A stretch of 64,000 nt of DNA from Terriglobia bacterium (GTDB taxonomy: Bacteria; Acidobacteriota; Terriglobia; JAJPHL01; JAPKYU01). The notes beneath the pieces are model-generated. The model searched no databases, was not told the DNA's origin, and was given only the letters and a program-made list of their open reading frames with translations. Shown here piece by piece: positions 34,542 to 45,353 of this stretch (the stretch's first letter is position 1; every line of letters starts with the position of its first letter). Where the stretch lies: contig CBDBKE010000002.1 in assembly GCA_965206645.1 (NCBI GenBank), positions 384,001-448,000 of the forward strand, written 5' to 3'. A program made the position numbers and the translations under genes.

Positions 34542-34880
34542 ATGCCGCAAAAGCTGTACGTGGGAAATCTGCCCCACTCGGTCAACGACCAGGACCTGGT
34601 GGACTGGGTCACCAACGAAGGCTTCAAGGTCGAAACCGGCCGGGTGATCCGAGACCGGGCCACGGGCCAGTCCCGTGGATTTGGTTTTGTTGAGTTGACG
34701 CAAGGGGAAGACATGGCTCAGGCGATCGCCCGCCTGAGCGGAATGCAGTGGGAGGGGCGGACGATTCAGGTGAATGAAGCTCGGCCGGAAGCCGCCCCAC
34801 GGGGAGGCGGCCGTGACTTTTCGGGCGGGCGTGGCGGGCGCGGCGGTTTTTCCGGTGGTGGCGGCAAACGACGCTGGTAA
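34542..34880 (+). CDS. RRM RNA-binding protein with Gly-rich tail
   Basis: KLYVGNL (RNP2), RGFGFVE (RNP1), VNEAR; SD CAGGAGG. Confidence 0.95.
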   Translation: MPQKLYVGNLPHSVNDQDLVDWVTNEGFKVETGRVIRDRATGQSRGFGFVELTQGEDMAQAIARLSGMQWEGRTIQVNEARPEAAPRGGGRDFSGGRGGRGGFSGGGGKRRW

Positions 34881-35049
34881 CTTCTTCGGAGTGACCTTTA
34901 CACGGCGGCCCGTTAACACAGTGCATGACTTCGCTACCGGTCGCCGTCCGACTTTTTACTCGCTACGTTTCGTCTTGTACGGCTACGCCGTTGCCGACGC
35001 GTTCGGCGAGTCAAGCCTAGCTGTCAAATAAGAAGCTGCGACTTGAGAG

Positions 35050-37848
35050 CTAGCTGCAGCCGGAGGTGGAGCCGCAGTTGCCGCATTTATAGCAATTGCC
35101 GTTGCGGGTCATGAGGCTGCCGCAGTCGGCACAGACCGGGGCGTCCTCAAGGTAGGGCTCTCGGGTGATAGGCAGGGCCAGTTGTGGCTCCGGCTCGGTG
35201 GGCTTCAGCGGCGGCACCACTGCATCCGGTTCAGCTTCGCTTTGTTTGTATTCGGGCGAGAGGAACTTGGCTCCCAGCCAGCGGAAGATGTAGTCCATGA
35301 TGGACTTGGCGTAAGGGATTTCCGGGTTGCCGGTCCAGCCGCTGGGCTCAAAGCGCACGTGGCTGAACTTGTCCACCAGCACCTTCAGCGGCACGCCGTA
35401 TTGCAAGGCCAGGGAAATCGCCGTGGCAAAGCTGTCCATCAGGCCGCTGACGGTGGAGCCCTCCTTGGCCATGGTGATGAACACCTCGCCTGGCGTGCCG
35501 TCCTCGTACATGCCGACGGTGATATAGCCCTCGTGGCCGGCGACAGAAAACTTGTGGGTTTTGGAGTCGCGCTCGGCAGCCAGCTTGCGGCGGCGGGGTT
35601 CGGCAACCGCAGCGCCGGCGGGCGTGGCGGCCGGACTTGCTTTCGACTCCATCTCCTTGTTCTCCGTACTGAGCGGCTGGACCTTCTTCGAGCCATCGCG
35701 ATAGATGGCCACCGCCTTCAGGCCTAGTTTCCAGGACTGCAAGTAGGCCTGAATGATCTCCTCGACCGTGGTGTCGCCCGGCACGTTAATGGTCTTGGAG
35801 ATGGCGCCGGAAACGAACGGCTGCACCGCGGCCACCATCTTCAGGTGCCCCATGTAGTGAATGGCGCGCGTCCCCCCGGCCGGCCGGAAGGAGGAATCGA
35901 ACACCGGCAGGTGTTCCGGCTTCAGGTTGGGGGCGCCCTCGATGGTGCCCTCACGGTCAATGTAGCCGACAATCTCGCTCACCTGATCGGGCGCATAGCC
36001 CAGCTTGAGCAGCGCAGCCGGAACGGTCTGGTTGACGATCTTGATCGTGCCGCCGCCCACCATCCGCTTGAACTTCACCAGGGCCAGTTCGGGCTCGATC
36101 CCGGTGGTATCGCAATCCATCATGAAGCCGATGGTGCCGGTGGGGGCGATGACGGTGACCTGCGCGTTGCGATAGCCGAAGCGCCGCCCCGTGTCCAGGC
36201 ACTCGTCCCAAACCTCCTGCGCAGCTCCCAGCATCGCCGGAACCACCAGCCGCGCCGGAATCTGCGCTACTGCGTCGCGGTGCATCCCGATCACCCCGAG
36301 GAACGGCTCCCGGTTCGGCTCGTAGCCGGGGAAGGGGCCGATGGCGGCGGCCAGCCGGGCGCTGGTCAGGTAAGCCTGGCCGTGCATGATGGCGCTGATG
36401 GCGCCGGCCGCCGCCCGGCCCTCCTCGGAATCATAGGGCAGGCTGGTGGCCATCAGCATCGCGCCCAGATTGGCGTAGCCAAGCCCCAGCGGACGGTAGT
36501 CGTGCGAGTTGCGGCCGATCCGCTCGGTGGGGTAGCTGGCGTTGTCCACCATGATCTCCTGGGCCACGATCATCGTGTCCACTGCGTGGCGGAAGGCCTC
36601 GACGTCAAACTGGCCGTTGAGGAACTTCATCAGGTTCAGCGACGCCAGGTTGCAGGCGGAGTCGTCCAGAAACATGTACTCGCTGCAGGGATTGGAGGCG
36701 TTGATCCGGCCGCTGCTCTTGGAGGTGTGCCAGCGGTTCACCGTGGTGTCAAACTGCATGCCGGGATCGCCGCACTGGTGGGTGGCTTCCGCGATCATGC
36801 GCAACAGCTCGCGGGCCTGGTAGCTCTTGACCGGACGGCCGTCCAGCGTCGAACGGGTTTGCCACTCGCCGTCCCGCTCCACCGCCTGCATGAACTCGTC
36901 GGTGACCCGCACCGAGTTGTTGGCGTTCTGGAAGAAGATGGAGCTGTAGGCTTCGCCGTCCAGCGAGCTGTCATAGCCGGACTCGACCAGCCTCCAGGCC
37001 TTACGCTCCTCTTTGGCCTTGCACTGGATGAATTGCACCGCGTCGGGGTGGTCAATGTTGAGCACCACCATCTTGGCAGCCCGGCGTGTGGTCCCGCCGC
37101 TCTTGATGACTCCGGCGAAAGCGTCGAAGCCGCGCATGAAACTCAGCGGGCCGCTTGCCCGGCCGCCCCCGCTCAGCGGCGCGTCCTGCTCGCGCAGCGA
37201 CGACAGGTTTGTGCCGGTGCCGGAGCCGAATTTGAACAGCATGCCCTCGGTCTTGGCCAACGTCAGGATGGAGTCCAGAGAATCGTCAATTGAGTTGATG
37301 AAGCAGGCCGAGCACTGCGGCCGCCGCTCCTGCTTTTCCACCGTGCGCACACCGTCCACTGCCTGGTCCCAAACCCAGCCGTAGCTGTTCTTCGACGTGC
37401 CCACGTTGAACCAGACCGGCGAGTTAAAGCTGGCCTTCTGCTGGATCATCAGGTGGGCCAGCTCGTCGCCGAAGTTCTCCGCATCCTCCGGGCTGGCAAA
37501 GTAGCCGCCAGCGCGACCCCACTGAGTGATGGTGTCCACCACGCGGCGGATCAACTGGCGGGCGCTGGTTTCCCGCTGCGGGCCCTGTGGCTTTCCGTAA
37601 AAATATTTGCTGGCGACGATGTTGGTAGCCGTCTGCGACCAATCTTTCGGCACCTCCACGTCTCGTTGTTCGAAGATGGTCTCGCCCCGCTCATTGGTAA
37701 TCGAGGCGATGCGGAACTCCCACTGCACGTCGTCGTAGGGTGAGACTGTGGCTTTGGTAAAATAGCGGGGGAAGCGAATTCCTTTAGGAAAGCGTTCGCG
37801 GGTTGCCTCTGCGTTGGTCTTCAAGTTCACAGAAAGCTCGCCCATCAT
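35050..37848 (-). CDS. nrdJ: Class II (B12-dependent) ribonucleotide reductase
   Basis: FNSPVWFN, CSACFI, SNPCSE, APTGTI, AISKT, TSCPD domain, C-terminal CxxC...CxxC. Confidence 0.96.
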   Translation of the reverse strand: MMGELSVNLKTNAEATRERFPKGIRFPRYFTKATVSPYDDVQWEFRIASITNERGETIFEQRDVEVPKDWSQTATNIVASKYFYGKPQGPQRETSARQLIRRVVDTITQWGRAGGYFASPEDAENFGDELAHLMIQQKASFNSPVWFNVGTSKNSYGWVWDQAVDGVRTVEKQERRPQCSACFINSIDDSLDSILTLAKTEGMLFKFGSGTGTNLSSLREQDAPLSGGGRASGPLSFMRGFDAFAGVIKSGGTTRRAAKMVVLNIDHPDAVQFIQCKAKEERKAWRLVESGYDSSLDGEAYSSIFFQNANNSVRVTDEFMQAVERDGEWQTRSTLDGRPVKSYQARELLRMIAEATHQCGDPGMQFDTTVNRWHTSKSSGRINASNPCSEYMFLDDSACNLASLNLMKFLNGQFDVEAFRHAVDTMIVAQEIMVDNASYPTERIGRNSHDYRPLGLGYANLGAMLMATSLPYDSEEGRAAAGAISAIMHGQAYLTSARLAAAIGPFPGYEPNREPFLGVIGMHRDAVAQIPARLVVPAMLGAAQEVWDECLDTGRRFGYRNAQVTVIAPTGTIGFMMDCDTTGIEPELALVKFKRMVGGGTIKIVNQTVPAALLKLGYAPDQVSEIVGYIDREGTIEGAPNLKPEHLPVFDSSFRPAGGTRAIHYMGHLKMVAAVQPFVSGAISKTINVPGDTTVEEIIQAYLQSWKLGLKAVAIYRDGSKKVQPLSTENKEMESKASPAATPAGAAVAEPRRRKLAAERDSKTHKFSVAGHEGYITVGMYEDGTPGEVFITMAKEGSTVSGLMDSFATAISLALQYGVPLKVLVDKFSHVRFEPSGWTGNPEIPYAKSIMDYIFRWLGAKFLSPEYKQSEAEPDAVVPPLKPTEPEPQLALPITREPYLEDAPVCADCGSLMTRNGNCYKCGNCGSTSGCS

Positions 37849-37969
37849 GCCTCCTTACGTCGAAGGGACCCCGCCCTGAGCCTCCAGAGGCCATTCGAAG
37901 ATTCATCTAAGTTGTGGGTTACTGGCCTGGGTGCCCCACGTGGTTCCCAACAGGCGCGGACGGATATTT

Positions 37970-38016
37970 GCACTATATCTTGTAGCTTGTCAAGATAAAT
38001 CGTCTACGTATTGTAC
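37970..38016. promoter_or_regulatory. Tandem NrdR boxes upstream of nrdJ
   Basis: gcaCTATATCTTGTa (37970) and cgtCTACGTATTGTa (38001) are 31 bp apart and match acaCwAtATaTwGtg. A minus-strand TTGACA lies between them. Confidence 0.8.
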
Positions 38017-38142
38017 TATTCCCGAATCGTCCGCTAGGTCAATTAGTTAGCGGCCAGCGCTAGGTCCGCGGGCACTATTCAGCTCCACGTTACCGAAACA
38101 GAACTCATCAGTGTTGCCGGCTATGTTGGAGTCATGCTGGCG

Positions 38143-39558
38143 TCAGGCCTCGGGTGGGTGGCGGTGGACCCATTCGGTGGCCTGCTCGTAGGCGTACCCA
38201 ACTCGTAGCACGGTAGACTCGCGAAAGGCTCCACCTACAATCTGCAGGCCGATAGGCAGACCGCTGCGGTCGAGGCCGCAGGGCACCGATAAGGCGGGCG
38301 CGCCGGCAAAGTTCCAGGGGCGCACCAAGCGGGTGCTTGCCAAACGCACGTCCTCGGGCTCTCCGTTGACGAGCACGCTGGTTTCACCGATCGTAGGCGC
38401 AGTGATGGGAGTGGTGGGCGTCACCAGCACCGCCACCTTCTGGAAGACGGCCTCCAGTTCGGCCACGAAGCGGCGGCGGGTGCGCTGCGCGTTCACGTAA
38501 TCAGTAGCAAGGATGCATTCCCCTTGCTCCAGCAGAGCCCGCACGTCGGCGCCGATCTCGTGGCGGTGACTGCGCAGCAGCTTCTGGTGCAGCGCCGCGG
38601 CCTCCCCCAGCAGGATCAGCCGGCCCAGCTCAGTGGCCGCCTCGATGCCGGGCAGCCGCAACGGCTCCAGACGCGCGCCGAGTTCCTCCAGCGTCTTAAG
38701 CGCCGTGCGCACCGCCCGCTCTACGTCCGGGCTGAGGTGGTCAAAGAAGTAGTTCTCGGGAACCCCGACCACCAGGCCGCGAACGCCCTGGCCGATCTCG
38801 CCCAGATAGTCGGACACAGGCGCCGTAGCAGCGGAGTCGTCGCGGGAGCCAGGGCCTGCGATGGCCCCGAGCATCGCCGCGGCGTCCCACACGGTGCGGG
38901 CCAGCGGACCGGCGGTGTCCAGGCTCCAGGCCAGCGGAATCACGCCGTGGAGGCTCACCCGGCCGAAGGTCGGCTTCAATCCCACCACTCCGCAGTACGC
39001 AGCCGGAATGCGGATCGAGCCGCCGGTATCGCTGCCCATCGACGCCGAGCAGAGCGAGGCCGCCACCGCCGCACCGGAGCCGCCGCTGGAGCCGCCGGGG
39101 ATTTGCGTGCGACTCCAGGGATTGCGGGCCGGGCCGAAATGCGGGTTGGTGGTGGTGATCCCGTAGGCCAGCTCGTGCAGGTGTGTCTTGCCCAGCAGCA
39201 CGACGCCAGCGTCGCGCAGGCGTGCCACGACGGTGGCGTCATGATCCGGGACAAAATCAGCGAAAATCGGGGACCCGGCGGTGGTGCGCACGCCCCGGGT
39301 GTAGTACAGATCCTTCACGGAGACAGGAATGCCGTCGAGCGGCCCGCGGTACTGGCCGGCGGCAATGGCGCGCTCCGCCTCGCGCGCCTGCTCCAGAGCG
39401 GTCTCGGGCAGCGCTGTCAGGTAGGCATTCAACACCGGGTTCTGTTTTTCGATTCGGTCCAGCATGGCCTGCGTGAGTTCCACCGGGGAGAGCTTGCGCT
39501 CCCGCAGCAGGCTGGACAGCTTCTCAATGCTGAGCGTGGCCACCGAGGCCGCGCTCAC
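38143..39558 (-). CDS. Amidase signature family enzyme (GatA/AtzE-like)
   Basis: VKD, GGSSGGS, GSDTGGSIRIPA. Confidence 0.92.
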   Translation of the reverse strand: MSAASVATLSIEKLSSLLRERKLSPVELTQAMLDRIEKQNPVLNAYLTALPETALEQAREAERAIAAGQYRGPLDGIPVSVKDLYYTRGVRTTAGSPIFADFVPDHDATVVARLRDAGVVLLGKTHLHELAYGITTTNPHFGPARNPWSRTQIPGGSSGGSGAAVAASLCSASMGSDTGGSIRIPAAYCGVVGLKPTFGRVSLHGVIPLAWSLDTAGPLARTVWDAAAMLGAIAGPGSRDDSAATAPVSDYLGEIGQGVRGLVVGVPENYFFDHLSPDVERAVRTALKTLEELGARLEPLRLPGIEAATELGRLILLGEAAALHQKLLRSHRHEIGADVRALLEQGECILATDYVNAQRTRRRFVAELEAVFQKVAVLVTPTTPITAPTIGETSVLVNGEPEDVRLASTRLVRPWNFAGAPALSVPCGLDRSGLPIGLQIVGGAFRESTVLRVGYAYEQATEWVHRHPPEA

Positions 39559-39764
39559 GACTCCTCTCCCGGGAGCCGGAAGCAGAAGGCAGGGCCCATG
39601 AAGCCCAAGTCGGGCTCCAGCGCCTGACGCGTGGCGGCGGTGATGCGGTCGAGAGTAGGGGTGATCGCTTCGATTTCCTCGTCCGGGATTTCCAGGTCGG
39701 CCGCGGCCGCAAACCGCTTCCAGCGCTCGGCCGCCGAAGTGGTGTCACGCTTTTTCTTTTTCAT
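39555..39764 (-). CDS. Small helical protein translationally coupled to the amidase (GatC/AtzG-like)
   Basis: 69 aa, AAAADLEIPDEEIEAI...PAFCF; GTGA overlap with the amidase start. Confidence 0.6.
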   Translation of the reverse strand: MKKKKRDTTSAAERWKRFAAAADLEIPDEEIEAITPTLDRITAATRQALEPDLGFMGPAFCFRLPGEES

Positions 39765-40083
39765 TGAGGATTGACCTATTGATGATCGAACCGGGGCGGC
39801 AGTATAGCACGCGACTCGCACTGCTCATGCCCAACCGCCATGGAAGCCGTCGGGAGATTATCTCCCGGATATCCTTGACTTCCCAAATCCCTGGGGAGCA
39901 GAATTCGCTACAGATAGCCTCGCAGAAAAGCAAGTTCCAGGTGAACGGGGCGTCTTCCAACCTGCGCGAGGCCGTCAGTCGCAGAGGGGCACTTCCAGGG
40001 CGTATGGGGTTAATCGAAACAAGTTGCCGGTAGTTCGCTGAGTTCGCCGGCGGGGTCCACTCGGACCGGGCCACAGCCTTAGC

Positions 40084-42084
40084 ATGGCGGTCACTGTCAT
40101 GGCGTCCAGATTCTTGCTCTCTTCGCTGCTCTTCCTTTGGTTCATTCCGCTAGCCACAGGGGCTGCGCTTGCGAATAAGCCGGCCGATGAGTGGCCGCCG
40201 ATCTCGCCCGAAGAGCTGGCGATGAAGGAGTACCCGGCCAGCCCCGGCGCCCCTGCCATCATCCTCTACCGCGAAATGCACACCGATGGCGTGAAACACT
40301 TCGAGACGCATTGCCGGCGGATCAAAATCTTTACTGAGGAAGGAAAGAAGCATGCCAACGTGGAAATTCCCTATTTGAAAGGCAAAACTCGCATCAAAGA
40401 AATCAAAGCCAGAACAGTCCATCCGGATGGAACGGTAGTCGCTTTTACTGGAGATATCTTTAGAGAAGGTTGTCGTCAAGTATAAAAAACTCAAGATTCT
40501 GGTGAAGAGTTTCACGCTGCCTGACGTCCGGGTAGGAAGCATAATCGAATACAAGTACAGCATCCGTTGGGGTTCAAATTTGCGTTTCCTTCCGACACAG
40601 TGGTTCATCGAGCACGAACTGTTCACCCGGCAGGCACGCTGTTCACCCGGCAGGCACGCTTTTCGCTCAGGCCATACCAGTCAATTCACTTTTCCGCTAT
40701 GTCGACAGGCTTCAGGATCTCGAAGAGCAAACTTCCCAAGCTACAGGCGGACGGCAGTCATCAGATGGAGTTGGAGAACATCCCGGCCTTCCAGGAAGAG
40801 GAGCACATTCCGCCGGAGACTGAGCTGAAGATGTGGGTGCTGTTTTACTATCTCCACAATACGTGGGGGGGATCGCCCGAGGGATTCTGGAAGGAAACGG
40901 GAATGGATTTGCACCAGAAGGTAGAGAAATTCATCGGCAAGCGCAAGGCGATCGCGAAAGAGGCGGCCCGAACCGTCCAACCCAACGATCCCCCAGAAAC
41001 CAAGCTGCGCAAGCTTTACGCGCGGGTGCACCAGATCCGAAATCTGAGTTGCGATCGTAAAAGTACGGAAAGAGACGAGAAACTAAGGAAAAACAAAAAT
41101 GTAAAAGACGTGCTGAAGCGTGGTTATGGCTGCCCCTGGCACATCAACTGGTTGTTCGTAGCTCTGGCCCGCGCGGCTGGTTTTGATGCCACGGCTGTGC
41201 GAGTCGCTTCGCGGAGCAATGGCTTCTTTAAGCGTAAGCTATTCGATGCCAGCCAGCTCAACGCCGATCTGGTGCTCGTTCGCCACGGCGGCAAGGAGTA
41301 CTACCTGGACCCGGCCAACCGCTACTGCCCGTTTAGGCTGCTTTCGTGGGACCAAACGGGAGTCCAAGGCATCCGGCTGGCAGAAGACGGAGGCGAGTTT
41401 GTAACGACACCGCTCCCTTTGAGCTCCCATACAATGACCGGGCGTAAGGCGAACCTGCAACTGGGCACTAACGGAAGTCTCCAAGGCACGGTGGAAGTGA
41501 GCTTCACCGGACAGGAAGCGTTGCGGCGGCGGCTGGATGCCATCGAGACGGACGAGGTCGGGCGGCGCAAGGAGATGGAAGAGGAGGTGAAAGGGTGGCT
41601 GCCCGCGGGTGCCAGCGCTGAGCAGCAGAGCGTTACGGGCTGGGAAGGGACCGAAGAGCCGCTGAAAGCGGAATTCGCCGTGCGAATTCCGAACTTTGGA
41701 ACCTCCACCGGGCGCCGCCTGATCTTGCCCGTGGCCATCTTCCAGGCTAACGAAAAGCATCCCTTCCTGCACGACAAGCGGGTCCATCCGATTTACTTTC
41801 CCTACCCGTGGCAGGAAGTTGATGAGATCACCGTGCAGTTGCCCGAGGGGTACAAGGCGGAGAGCCTCCCGAAAAAGCGGACGAGCAGGCCGAAGTTCGG
41901 CAAGTACGAAATTTCCTATGAAGATCAAGGGCGAACGTTGCGGCTGCAACGCAGCTTTGCCATGGGAGCCATTTGGTTCCCTGTAGAACATTACCCGAGT
42001 CTGCGGCTTTTCTTTGACGCAGTGAGGAGCGGTGATGAACAACAGGTTGTTTTGCAGGCCGTGGAAACTGACTCACAGGATTAG
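40084..42084 (+). pseudogene. DUF3857/transglutaminase-like protein; frameshift near 40462 and a 20-bp tandem duplication at 40619-40658
   Basis: RRIKIFTEEG, IKARTVHPDG, TLPDVRVGSIIEY, LARAAG, YYLDP pieces in shifted frames. Confidence 0.85.
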
Positions 42085-43021
42085 GAGCGTCGCTGGGCTG
42101 CTGGTGGCTGCCGCGCTGTTGGTGTGGGCGCCACAAGCTATAGCCGGCGCGCCGGACTGGCTTCGGGCATCGGCCCAAACGGCCTTGCCTGACTATCCGG
42201 AGGATACCGCGGCGGTTGTCTTACTAGACGAGCAGGTGACCACGGTTAAGAAAACCGGCGAGTTCAAGACCCTGCACCGGCGCGCCTACAAGATTCTGCG
42301 GCCTGAAGGAAAAAGATACGGCAGAGTTGTGGTGCACTTCGACAATGAAACCCGCCTTTCTAGGATCAAAGGCTGGAGCATACCCGCCCGCGGCAAACAG
42401 TACGAAGTCAAGGAAAAGGACGCGGTGGAAACCAGCCTGTTTACCGCGACGTTTTACGAGGACACGCGGTACAAGGTGCTGGCAATTCCAGCCGCCGAGC
42501 CGGGAAGCGTGATCGGCTACGAGTACGAACAAAAGCGACGCCCCTGGATATTGCAGGAGATCTGGCGGTTTCAGTCCTCAATTCCGGTGCGAAAGGCACG
42601 ATTCGCGCTGGAGCTGCCTGCTGATTGGGAGTTCCAGGCGCATTGGTTGAACCACCCTGCCCGGGAACCCCAGTCTGCTGGCAAGACCCGGTGGGTATGG
42701 GAAGTGGCAAATGTTCCCGCAGTGGAGCGGGAACCCTCCATGCCGCCTTGGCGGGCAACGGCAGGGTGGTTGGCCGTAAGCTTCTTCCCCCGCCAGGAAC
42801 ACCTGCGTGGGAAGAGCCATGGAAGCTGGCGCGACGTCGGGCGGTGGTATGCGAAACTTACCGCCGGCCGCCGCCGCACAACTCCGGAAATCAAACAGAA
42901 GGTGGAGGAACTGACGGTCGGGAGACCTGCGCGGCTGGATAAGCTGAAGGCATTGGCTGCCTTCGTACAACGACAGGTCCGCTACGTAGCCATTGAGATT
43001 GGGATTGGCGGCTACCAGCCC

Positions 43022-44271
43022 TGACCAGACCGATTTTTTGTACCAACCGTAGTGAGAGTTTACATCGCAGCCTGGGGCTGTGAAACTGGTTTCAGTGGCA
43101 GGGGAGGGCTATAGGCCCCCGGCGCCGGGGGCCTATAGCCGAGCGCCGAGTGCGGCCGCACCGTGTTGTATTGCACCCTCCACTGTTCAATCACCACCTG
43201 TGCCTCCTTCAACGAGTAGAAGATCTCTCCATTCAGGCATTCGTCCCGCAGCTTCCCATTGAAACTCTCGCAGTACCCGTTCTCCCAGGGACTGCCCGGT
43301 TCGATGTACAGTGTCCCGGTCCCTAGATTTGCCAACCACTGGCGCAGTTGTTTGGCGATGAACTCGGGACCATTGTCGGATCGAATCTGTTCCGGTATCC
43401 CTCGCCACAACATCACGTCCGACAACGCCTCAATGATTTGTTGGCTGCCCATTCTCCGCTCCACCCGGATCGCCAGGCATTCCCGCGTGTACTCATCCAG
43501 CAAGGTCAGCAGCCGCAGCGTTCTCCCCTCGTGCGTTCTGGCACTCATGAAGTCGTAGCTCCACACGTGGTTCGGTCGCTCCGGCCTCAGTCGTACACAG
43601 GAACCGTCGTTCAGCCACAGCCGTCCTCGCGGCCTTTGTTTTTGCGGCACTTTCAGCCCTTCCCGCCGCCAAATCCGCTGCACCCGGTCCTTGCCCACTT
43701 CCCAGCCCGCACTCCGCAGCAACGCTGTGATCCTCCGGTAGCCATATCGCCCGTACTTCGCTCCCAGGGCAATGATCGCTCGGGTCAGAGCATCCTCGTC
43801 CACCCGATGAATCGGCTCGTATCGTTGTGTCCCTCGCCATTGCCCCAGCAGCCGGCAGGCATGCCGTTCCGACAACCCGTGTTGCTCCCACGCACGCTCC
43901 ACCGCACAACGCCGCCGCTCAGGGCTCAGAAGTTTCCCTGTGCCACATCCCGCAGCACCTGCTTCTCCAGAGAAAGCTCCGCTACCAACCGCTTCAGCCG
44001 CGTGTTTTCCTTCTCCAACTCCTTTAGCCGTTTTGCCTGCACCACCTTCAGCCCGCCGTATTCCTTCCGCCACCGGTAGTAGGTTTGGGTGTGGATTCCA
44101 GCTTCTTTGCAGGCTTGGGGCGCAGTCTTCCCGTTCCCCATCTGCACTTCTATCTGCCGTAGCACCGCTACAATCTGCTCCGGCTTGTAACTCCTTGTCG
44201 GCATGACCTCACTTCCTCCTCAAGTGGATTCTCTCTCTTTCCACTTGGTACAAAAAGTGCAGGTCAGGTCA
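43022..44271 (-). mobile_element. IS3 family element (copy 1, complete)
   Basis: Ends TGACCAGACCGATTTTTTGTACCAA / TTGGTACAAAAAGTGCAGGTCAGGTCA; 4-bp TSD GCCC. Confidence 0.95.
43060..44204 (-). CDS. IS3 transposase OrfAB (programmed -1 frameshift)
   Basis: OrfA 43926-44204 (HTH + leucine zipper); slippery GGGAAAC near 43935; OrfB WSYDF, SDNG, PWENGYCESFNG. Confidence 0.92.
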
Positions 44272-45353
44272 GCCCCATGCGGCCCGGGAGGTGTTCGCCA
44301 ACCTGTATGGCGATTGCAAGGACAAAGTCACCTTGCTCAGCGCCATGTTGCGCCAGATTGGGATTGAGTCGCATTACGTGCTGGTTCACAACAGCCGGGG
44401 CGTGGTAGTGCCGCACTTTCCCTCGGCGCTGAGTTTCAACCATGTCATTTTGGCCATCCAATTGCCCGAGGATGTGCCCCCCGACGTATACGCCGTGAAA
44501 AATCATGACCGGCTGGGGCAGATGTTGTTCTTCGACCCGACCGACAGCCTCACCCCTCTGGGCTATCTGCCCCCGACACTCCAGGCCAGCTACGGGTTGC
44601 TGGTCACCAAGGACGGTGGTGAGCTGGTGGAATTGCCCTTGCTAGAACCCGCAACTAATCGGTTGCTCCGAACAGCCAAGATGGAACTGAGCCCCACCGG
44701 CAGGCTGGACGGCGCGGTTAGAGAGGTTCGCTGGGGTGCACCCGCTGCGTCGCGGCGCGCCCATTTACTGGGAGCGCAGGTCTCCGAGCGCAGAAAGGTA
44801 CTGGAGAATTTCCTGAGCAACTTCCTCGGCGGCTTTGCGTTGCAAGATGCAGAAGAAGAAAATCTGGAAGATTTCGACAAGAGCTTGGTGCTCCGCTACC
44901 GTTTTACGGCCACCAACTATGCCCAGGCAGCGGGGGACTTGCTGCTGGTCCGGCCATGCGTCCTGGGTCAAAAGAGTTGGGACTTGCTGGAGGGCGAGGA
45001 ACGGAAGCATCCGGTAGAGTTCTCCAACACGACTCTGGAGAGTGACAGCTACGAGATTGCGCTGCCTGAGGGCTATGAGGTAGACGAGCTGCCCCCTGCC
45101 GTGGAAATTGACTCTCCCCTGGGCGCATACCGGAGCCAGGTGGACGTCGAGGGCAACGTCCTGCGTTACCGCCGCACCTACGAGATTAGGGATGTACTGG
45201 TTGGCAGCGACCGCCTGGATGAGCTGAAAAAGTTCTTCCGGCGGGTTGCTGCCGATGAACGCAACGTCGCCGTCCTGAAGCGCTCCGCACCTTAGATTGT
45301 AGAGGAGCAACGCGCGAAACCGCCGTCGCTTGTGCGAAGAGATCCAGCTGTAC

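Larger units (their letters stand above)
42035..45295 (+). pseudogene. Second DUF3857/transglutaminase protein, split by IS3
   Basis: Removing the IS and one GCCC restores VRYVAIEIGIGGYQPHAAREVFANLYGDCKDK...FNHVI. Confidence 0.9.

Noticed and set aside
40462-40658. The +1 insertion and +20 duplication sum to +21 and look compensatory
   Set aside because: A TAA at 40483 lies in the shifted interval, so no full-length product is restored.
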